From contig CAWFDF010000009.1 of NCBI GenBank assembly GCA_963814585.1, forward strand, positions 96,001 through 160,000: a stretch of DNA of 64,000 nucleotides. Direction: 5' to 3'. Source of the DNA: an uncultured delta proteobacterium. Lineage in GTDB: Bacteria > Myxococcota > Myxococcia > Myxococcales > Anaeromyxobacteraceae. The position numbers and the translations under genes are program-made. The number at the start of each line of letters is the position of its first letter. Position 1 is the stretch's first letter. Positions 57,759 through 64,000 of this stretch are shown in pieces. Under the pieces are notes generated by a model. The model saw nothing but the letters and a program-made list of their open reading frames with translations, ran no database searches and was not told the origin of the DNA.

Positions 57759-57803
57759 ACCCCGCGGGGACTTCTGCATGAACTACTCTGGGTCCGGAGA
57801 ATC

Positions 57804-59280
57804 GTGAGCGAACTCGGTAGTTACGGCCTGGCCTCGCCTCCGCCGCCCGTCCCGCGCCCGGCGGCGTCGGTCATCTACTGGCGCCCCGGCCCGCGCGGCG
57901 CGGAGCTCTACCTGGTCCGGCGCGGCGCCACCCAGCGCTTCGCCCCCGGCTTCTCCGCCTTCCCGGGCGGCCGGCGCGACGACCAGGACGCCGCCATCCC
58001 GGTGCGCGCCCCCGGCCTGGCCGCCCCCGGCGACCTGGCCTGCGCCGCCCGCGAGCTCTTCGAGGAGATTGGCGTCCTCGCCGTCACCGGCGAACCGCCC
58101 CACCCCACCGCGCTGGCCGGGCACCGCGCCCGCCTGCTGGCCGGCGGCGCCACCTTCGCGGCGCTGCTGGACGAGCTGGGCGCCGAGGTGGACGGCGCGC
58201 GCTTCGCCGACGCCGGGCGCTGGGTGACGCCGGAGGTCTACGCGCTGCGCTTCGACGCCGTGAACTTCCTGGTCGAGTGGCGCCCGCACGAGTCGCCCAC
58301 GGTCTGGCCCGGCGAGCTGGCCGACGGCGCCTGGGTCCCCGCCGCCGCGGCGCTCGACGAGTGGTCGCGCGGCGATCGCTACCTGCTGCCGCCCAACCTC
58401 TGGCCGGTGCGGGTGCTGGCGCGCGGCCCCGCCCCCGACCTCGAGGCGCTGCGCCGCCCCGAGCCGGCCGCCTTCCGCAACGAGTACCAGCAGGGGATCT
58501 CGGCAGCTCCCGCTGCGGACCCCGACGCTCCCGCCCGCCGCCCACACCAACTGCTGGATCGTGGACCTCGGCGACCGCGTCGCCGTGGTCGACCCCGGCT
58601 CGCCCCACCCCGGCGAGCAGGCCCGGCTCGACCGGTTCCTCGAGGTCCTGGCCGGCGAGGGCCGGCCGGCGCGCGAGGTCTGGGTCACCCACGGCCACGC
58701 CGACCACGTCGGCGGCGTCCGGGTGCTGGCGGACCGTGGCCTCACCGTCCGGGCCCACCGCTCCATCGCCGCCCGGCTGCCCGGCGTGCTCTTCAAGCCG
58801 CTGCGCGAGGGCGAGGCGCTGGGGGGCCGCTGGATCGTCTTCTTCACTCCTGGTCACGCGAGCGACCACGTGGTCTTCCGCGACGAGGAGACCGGCGCGC
58901 TCATCGCCGGCGACATGCTCTCCACCCTCTCGACGGTGGTGATCGATCCGCCCGAGGGGGACATGGCCGAGTACCAGCGGCAGCTGGCCCGCCTGGCCGC
59001 GCTCGGGCCGGGCGCGCTCTACCCGGCCCACGGCCAGCCGGCCACCGACGGCCCGGCCGCCCTGCGCGCCGCCCTGGCCCACCGCCTGGAGCGGGAGCGG
59101 AAGATCCTCGACGCCCTGCGGGCCACCGGGACGCTGGGCGAGATCACCGAGCGGGCCTACGACGACGTGCCGCCGGCCATCTGGCCGCTGGCGGAGCGGA
59201 GCGGCCTGGCGGTCCTGCTCAAGCTGGCCGCGCAGGGCCAGGCGGTCGAGCGGAACGGCCGCTGGTCCCTGGCCGGCTGA
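57804..59280 (+). CDS. NUDIX + metallo-beta-lactamase-fold fusion (apparent +1 frameshift at ~58500)
   Basis: FPGG...ARELFEEIG; removing one base gives GIRQLPLRTPTLPPAAHTNC then THGHADH, TPGH, GD, PAHG. Confidence 0.85.
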
Positions 59281-59298
59281 CCTCGGCGCCTCTGCGCC

Positions 59299-59371
59299 AC
59301 CTGGAAGGCCCGACCTGTGAGGCCGGACCTGAGAGGCCCGACCTGGAAGGCCCGACCTGTGAGGCCGGACC
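59299..59371. repeat. 14-bp tandem repeat (about 5 copies) between convergent genes
   Basis: acctggaaggcccg, acctgtgaggccgg, acctgagaggcccg, acctggaaggcccg, acctgtgaggccgg. Confidence 0.9.
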
Positions 59372-59376
59372 GGGAC

Positions 59377-60408
59377 TCAGCGGAGCGGCGAGCGGGCGGT
59401 GAGCCACTCGCGCACCGCCGGGAAGAGCTCGGCCGGCGCGCGCTTCCCCAGCACCAGGTCCCCGTGGCCCACCTCGGGCGCCGCCACCAGCAGCGCCTTC
59501 TCGCCGCCCCAGCGGGCGTAGCCCTCCTCGACCCCGGCCTGCAGCGCCAGGCCGTCGCGCGGCGCGGCCACGAAGAGGGCCGGCTGGCGGCAGCTGGCCA
59601 GCCCCTCCCGCCAGTCCTCCCGCCCGTCGAGCGAGCCCAGCCGCCCCTCCAGCGCCAGGCTCACGAAGTGGCGGACCACCCCGGGCGGCAGCTCCTCGAT
59701 GGCGTTCATGAGCAGCCGCCGGTAGACGGGCCGCTCCATGTTGCCGAGCTGGATGGCCAGCCCGGCCCGCCGCGGCTGCCACCAGCCGGCCACCGGCGCC
59801 ACCAGCTCGGCCAGCGGGCGGAAGAGCCGCCAGCGCGCCAGCCCCGGCATGAAGCGGTCCTCCGCCGGCTCCCGTGGCAGCCGGATGGGCGGGGCCAGCG
59901 CCACCACCCCGGCGATCCGGTCCGGGTACTTCTGCGCCGCCACCAGCCCGAGCAGCGCCCCCTGGCTGTGGCCCACCCAGAGCACCCGCCGCTCGCCGGT
60001 GGTCGCCTCGATGGCCTCGAGCGCCGCCTTCACGTCGAGCGCGAGGTAGTCGTCCAGCGTCCAGCTGCCGGGCGCGCCGGGCGGGGCGCGCCGGGAGCCG
60101 CCGTGCCCGCGCAGGTCGAGGGCGAAGCAGTCCAGCCCGCCCCCGGCGAGCGCCGCCGCCAGCGACCAGCGCTCCACGCCGAAGTCGAGCGCCTGCCGGT
60201 TCATGGCCACCCCGTGGAGCAGCAGCACCGGGATGCGGCGCGGCGGGCCCCTGGGCCGGCGCCGGCCCAGGCTGAGCCGCCAGCCGTCGGCCGCCACCGC
60301 CTCGATCACCTCGTCCTGCCGTCCCGGCGCCCGGAGCCTCCACCGCCAGAAGACGAGGTGGGCCGCGGCGGCGAGGACGAGGAGCAGGACCACGGTGGCG
60401 CCGGACAT
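59377..60408 (-). CDS. Membrane-anchored alpha/beta hydrolase
   Basis: N-terminal TM, LLHG, DLRGHG, nucleophile GHSQG, C-terminal GHGDL; TACAAT 7 bp before ATG 60408. Confidence 0.88.
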   Translation of the reverse strand: MSGATVVLLLVLAAAAHLVFWRWRLRAPGRQDEVIEAVAADGWRLSLGRRRPRGPPRRIPVLLLHGVAMNRQALDFGVERWSLAAALAGGGLDCFALDLRGHGGSRRAPPGAPGSWTLDDYLALDVKAALEAIEATTGERRVLWVGHSQGALLGLVAAQKYPDRIAGVVALAPPIRLPREPAEDRFMPGLARWRLFRPLAELVAPVAGWWQPRRAGLAIQLGNMERPVYRRLLMNAIEELPPGVVRHFVSLALEGRLGSLDGREDWREGLASCRQPALFVAAPRDGLALQAGVEEGYARWGGEKALLVAAPEVGHGDLVLGKRAPAELFPAVREWLTARSPLR

Positions 60409-60440
60409 GGGCGTCATTGTACGGCGAGACCCCGAGCCGT

Positions 60441-60722
60441 GCGGTGGACCGGGCCATGCGGCGGACCAGGTCATGCGGTGGACCGGGCCATGCGGCGGAC
60501 CAGGTCATGCGGCGGACCAGGTCATGCGGCGGACCAGGCCATGCGGCGGACCAGGCCATGCGGCGGACCAGGCCATGCGGCGGACCAGGCCATGCGGCGG
60601 ACCAGGCCATGCGGCGGACCGAGCCGTGCGGCGGACCGGGCCGTGCGGAGGACCAGGCCATGCGGCGGACCGGGCCGTGCGGCGGACTGGGCCGTGCAGC
60701 GGACCGGCCGTGCGGCGGCCGT
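60441..60722. repeat. 17-bp tandem repeat (about 16 copies)
   Basis: Consensus GCGGCGGACCAGGCCAT; identical copies at 60526-60610, degenerate towards both ends. Confidence 0.97.
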
Positions 60723-60747
60723 GGGAGGCGAGCGTTGCGCGATCCGG

Positions 60748-60763
60748 TGGCCCGCTGGTTGCA
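60748..60763 (+). promoter_or_regulatory. Sigma54 (-24/-12) promoter upstream of glnB
   Basis: TGGCCCG-CTGG-TTGCA with exact GG-N10-GC spacing. Confidence 0.6.
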
Positions 60764-60875
60764 CTGCTCCGGGACATGTCCAGGGGTCATGTCCAGTCCG
60801 CCACGTCCGCCTCCGCGCCAGCGCCCTGCCGGGCTGCCGGTCCGTCGGCCGGGGCGGCCCGCCAAGCGGGCGGAC

Positions 60876-60915
60876 TGTCCGGATGCCGAGCAGCCAGCTG
60901 CCCGGTTTTCGAGCA
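60876..60915. promoter_or_regulatory. Pair of 17-bp palindromic NtrC-like boxes
   Basis: TGTCCG-GATGC-CGAGCA (60876) and TGCCCG-GTTTT-CGAGCA (60899); next to TTGACC-N18-TAGCGT at 60923-60952. Confidence 0.65.
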
Positions 60916-60980
60916 GGTCGCCTTGACCGGTCGCCGAAGCGAAGCGTAGCGTCAGCGTCACTTACACATCCACGAGGTGA

Positions 60981-61322
<342 letters not shown>

Positions 61323-61325
61323 CCG

Positions 61326-62408
61326 GTGCCCGCCTCCGCCCACCCGCCGCCGCTGACGGCCGCGCTCGCCCGGGCGGCCGTCGACTCGGTCGGCGACGCC
61401 ATCCTGCTGGTGGGCGCCGGCGGCGAGGTGCTCCACCTCAACCCGCCGGCCGAGGAGCTCTTCGGCCGGAGCCGGGAGCAGTCGGTGGGCCAGCCCGTCC
61501 GCTCCATCCCCGGCGCCGAGGCGCTGGGCCCGGTGGCCGAGCGGGCCCGGCGCTCCCAGGAGATCCAGGCCTCCTTCCTGCCCAGCCCGGCCGACCGGAG
61601 CGTGGCCGTCTCGGTGGAGGCCTCGCCGCTCTTCGACGGCTCGACCTGCCTCGGCGCGGTGGTGGTGCTCCGGGCCCCGCGCCACGGGGAGCGGACCCTC
61701 GACTTCGAGGCGCTGGCCGCCGGCCTGGCCCACGAGATCAGGAACCCGCTGGCCGGGCTGCAGGGCTCCGCCGAGCTGCTGGCGCGCGAGGCCGAGGGGA
61801 GCGCCCGGGACTACGCCCAGGTGATCGCCCGCGAGGCCCGGCGCGTCGATGGCCTGGTGCGCGAGCTGCTCGACCTGGCCCGCCCGGCGGCGCTCCACAT
61901 CGCGCCGGTGGACGTCCACCAGGTGCTGGGCGACGTGCGGGTGCTGGCCCGCGGCGTCCCCGGCGCCGACGGCGTCGCCGTGGTGGAGCGGTTCGACCCG
62001 TCGCTGCCCATGGTGCTCGGCGACGACGAGAAGCTCACCCAGGTGGTCCTCAACCTGGTCCGCAACGCCCTCGACGCGCTGGCAGGTCGCCCCGCGCCCC
62101 AGCTGGTGCTGGAGACCGCCGTGGCCTCCCAGCGGGTCCGGACCGCCAGCGGCCGCACCCGCCCGCTGGCGCGCGTCTCCATCAAGGACAACGGCCCCGG
62201 CGTCCCCGAGGCCATGCTGCCCCGCCTCTTCACCCCCTTCGCCACCTCCAAGCCGCACGGCACCGGGCTGGGGCTGGCCATCTCCAGGCGGATCATCGAC
62301 GCCCACGGCGGCCGGATCGAGGTGCGCAACCGCGCCGCGGGCGGCTGCGAGGCCAGCCTCTACCTCCCCCTCGACGTGGGGGGCCATGATGGCCCCGACC
62401 TTGCTTAG
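61326..62408 (+). CDS. ntrB: PAS-domain sensor histidine kinase, NtrB-like
   Basis: PAS (LNPPAEELFG), AHEIRNPLAG, NLVRNA, DNGPG, GTGLGL; context glnB-ntrC. Confidence 0.85.
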   Translation: MPASAHPPPLTAALARAAVDSVGDAILLVGAGGEVLHLNPPAEELFGRSREQSVGQPVRSIPGAEALGPVAERARRSQEIQASFLPSPADRSVAVSVEASPLFDGSTCLGAVVVLRAPRHGERTLDFEALAAGLAHEIRNPLAGLQGSAELLAREAEGSARDYAQVIAREARRVDGLVRELLDLARPAALHIAPVDVHQVLGDVRVLARGVPGADGVAVVERFDPSLPMVLGDDEKLTQVVLNLVRNALDALAGRPAPQLVLETAVASQRVRTASGRTRPLARVSIKDNGPGVPEAMLPRLFTPFATSKPHGTGLGLAISRRIIDAHGGRIEVRNRAAGGCEASLYLPLDVGGHDGPDLA

Positions 62409-62417
62409 GGAGACCAC

Positions 62418-63860
62418 GTGCGCAAGGTCCTGATCGTCGACGACGAGAGCTCGATCCGCTTCGTGCTGGCCCGCACCTGCGAGCGGGCCGGGGTCCCCCA
62501 CGAGGAGGCCGGCAGCGCCGAGGAGGCCCGGGAGAAGCTGCGGGCGCTCGGCACCGGCCCCACCGGCATCGGCCTGCTGCTGCTCGACGTGCGGCTGCCC
62601 GGCGACGACGGGCTCAAGCTGCTCGGCGAGATCGCCGGCCGCCCCAGCTCGCCCTTCGTGGTGGTGATGACGGCCGAGGACACCATGCGGACCGCCGTCG
62701 AGGCCATGAAGCGCGGCGCCGCCGACTACCTCTCCAAGCCCTTCGACCTGGCCCGCGTCGAGCGGATCATCCTCGACCTCTCGGCCGCGCCCGGCGAGAA
62801 CGGCGAGGCCGAGCCGGCCGGCGCCGTCGAGGAGCGCGCCGACCAGGGCGGGGCGCGCCGCTACCGCGACGTGGCGCTCCCCGAGACGCTGGTGGGCCGC
62901 TCCCCGGCCATGGTCGAGGTCTTCAAGGAGGTCGGCCGCGTCGCCCGCACCGAGATGACGGTGCTGCTGATGGGCGAGTCGGGCACCGGCAAGGAGCTGG
63001 TGGCCCGCGCCGTCCACTCCAACTCGGCCCGCTCGGCCGGCCCCTTCATCACCGTCAACATGGCGGCGCTGCCGCGCGACCTCATCGAGAGCGAGCTCTA
63101 CGGCCACGAGAAGGGCTCCTTCACCGGCGCGGTGGAGCGACGCCCCGGCAAGTTCGAGCTGGCCAGCGGCGGCACGCTCTTCCTCGACGAGATCGGCGAG
63201 ATGCCGATCGAGCTGCAGGCCAAGCTGCTGCGGGTGCTGCAGGAGCGCGAGATCGACCGGGTGGGCGGCTCGCGCGCGCTGCCGGTGGACGTGCGGGTGG
63301 TGGCCGCCACCAACGCCGACCTGGCCCGCGCGGTGGAGGAGGGGCGCTTCCGGCGCGACCTCTACTACCGGCTGGCGGTGGTGCCCATCCGGCTCCCGCC
63401 GCTGCGCGAGCGCGAGGCGGACGTGGTGCTGCTGGCCCGCCACTTCCTGGCCCGCTACGGGCAGCAGCTCAAGGGGCGCGCCGTGACGCTCGGCAAGGAC
63501 GCCGAGGCCATGCTGCTGTCGCACCCCTGGCCGGGCAACGTGCGAGAGCTGCAGAACGTCATCCAGCGGGCGCTGCTCAAGCTCAACGGGTCGCGCATCG
63601 GCGCCGCCGAGCTCACCGGGCTGCTGCCGGCCGCGGCGGCCGCCGAGCGCGGCCTCTCGGGGCTGGTGGGCGTCATGCTCGACGGCCCGGAGCCGGAGGG
63701 CGGCCGCTACCAGGCAGCGCTGGAGGCGGTGGAGCGGCCCCTCATCGCCTCGGCCATGGCCCGCACCCGGGGGAACCAGCTGCGGGCGGCCGAGCTGCTC
63801 GGCATGAACCGGAACACGCTGCGGGAGCGCATGCGGGCGCTGGGGATGAAGGCCCGATGA
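62418..63860 (+). CDS. ntrC: Sigma54-dependent response regulator, NtrC-like
   Basis: Receiver, [30 protein letters not shown], Fis-type [16 protein letters not shown]. Confidence 0.88.
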   Translation: MRKVLIVDDESSIRFVLARTCERAGVPHEEAGSAEEAREKLRALGTGPTGIGLLLLDVRLPGDDGLKLLGEIAGRPSSPFVVVMTAEDTMRTAVEAMKRGAADYLSKPFDLARVERIILDLSAAPGENGEAEPAGAVEERADQGGARRYRDVALPETLVGRSPAMVEVFKEVGRVARTEMTVLLMGESGTGKELVARAVHSNSARSAGPFITVNMAALPRDLIESELYGHEKGSFTGAVERRPGKFELASGGTLFLDEIGEMPIELQAKLLRVLQEREIDRVGGSRALPVDVRVVAATNADLARAVEEGRFRRDLYYRLAVVPIRLPPLREREADVVLLARHFLARYGQQLKGRAVTLGKDAEAMLLSHPWPGNVRELQNVIQRALLKLNGSRIGAAELTGLLPAAAAAERGLSGLVGVMLDGPEPEGGRYQAALEAVERPLIASAMARTRGNQLRAAELLGMNRNTLRERMRALGMKAR

Positions 63861-63905
63861 TTGGCGCGGCCCGCGCGGCGCCGGCATGCCCGGGGCCCGG
63901 TCACC

Positions 63906-63945
63906 TGCCCGGCTTCCGTGCAGCGGGCTGCTCGATGTCCGGGCA
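63906..63945. promoter_or_regulatory. Second pair of NtrC-like palindromic boxes
   Basis: TGCCCG-GCTTC-CGTGCA (63906) and TGCTCG-ATGTC-CGGGCA (63929); same 23-bp offset as the glnB pair. Confidence 0.65.
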
Positions 63946-64000
63946 GCCTTCCGGTGTAGCCCCTTGTGCTGGCTCGGTTTTGCCGGGCCCGAACCCTCAC

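Larger units (their letters stand above)
55402..57792. mobile_element. Putative RAYT-associated unit bounded by 12-bp inverted repeats
   Basis: CCCAGAGTAGTT (55402-55413) and its exact reverse complement AACTACTCTGGG (57781-57792) bracket the transposase and M24 genes. Confidence 0.45.

Noticed and set aside
58490..58520. Programmed frameshift between the NUDIX and MBL domains
   Set aside because: No slippery heptamer seen; one of several single-base breaks in the window, best explained by assembly error
60441..60722. 17-bp array as a CRISPR or guide-RNA array
   Set aside because: Units are contiguous with no unique spacers, and no cas-like gene is in the window
60203..60961. Repetitive ORFs across the array (CGGPGHAADQAMRRTRP and similar)
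   Set aside because: Products of a 17-bp period cycling through stop-free frames; no supporting start context
63970..63984. Sigma54 promoter TGGCTCGGTTTTGC after ntrC
   Set aside because: Spacing is GG-N9-GC rather than N10 and it lies very close to the boxes; valid only if the T-run has an indel

Overview
High-GC bacterial chromosome segment; gene content and order suggest Anaeromyxobacter/Myxococcota (inference). Mostly housekeeping: kdsB-pyrG-kdsA-kdsC-lpxL-lptCAB, rplU-rpmA-obgE, gatCAB/mtnA, ftsK, plsY, a partial nuoEFJK cluster, HU, purF, DUF47-pit, an ECF sigma operon, pyk and glnB-ntrB-ntrC. The most notable accessory signals are: (1) a RAYT-like HUH/Y1 transposase plus an M24 peptidase, bracketed by a perfect 12-bp GTAG-containing inverted repeat, with a 17-bp duplication at the left edge; (2) two minisatellites (14-bp and 17-bp units) flanking an alpha/beta hydrolase, the larger one filling the gap between divergent promoters upstream of glnB; (3) four copies of a palindromic TGCYCG-N5-CGRGCA-type box, in two pairs with identical 23-bp spacing, around glnB-ntrBC; (4) a divergent cassette of Cys-rich surface lipoproteins with partner membrane proteins and an internal low-GC patch; (5) a His-less, ATPase-less GAF-HisKA pseudokinase. 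Several genes carry single-base frameshifts that most likely are assembly indels. No rRNA, tRNA or CRISPR array was seen. All calls come from reading the sequence; no searches were run.
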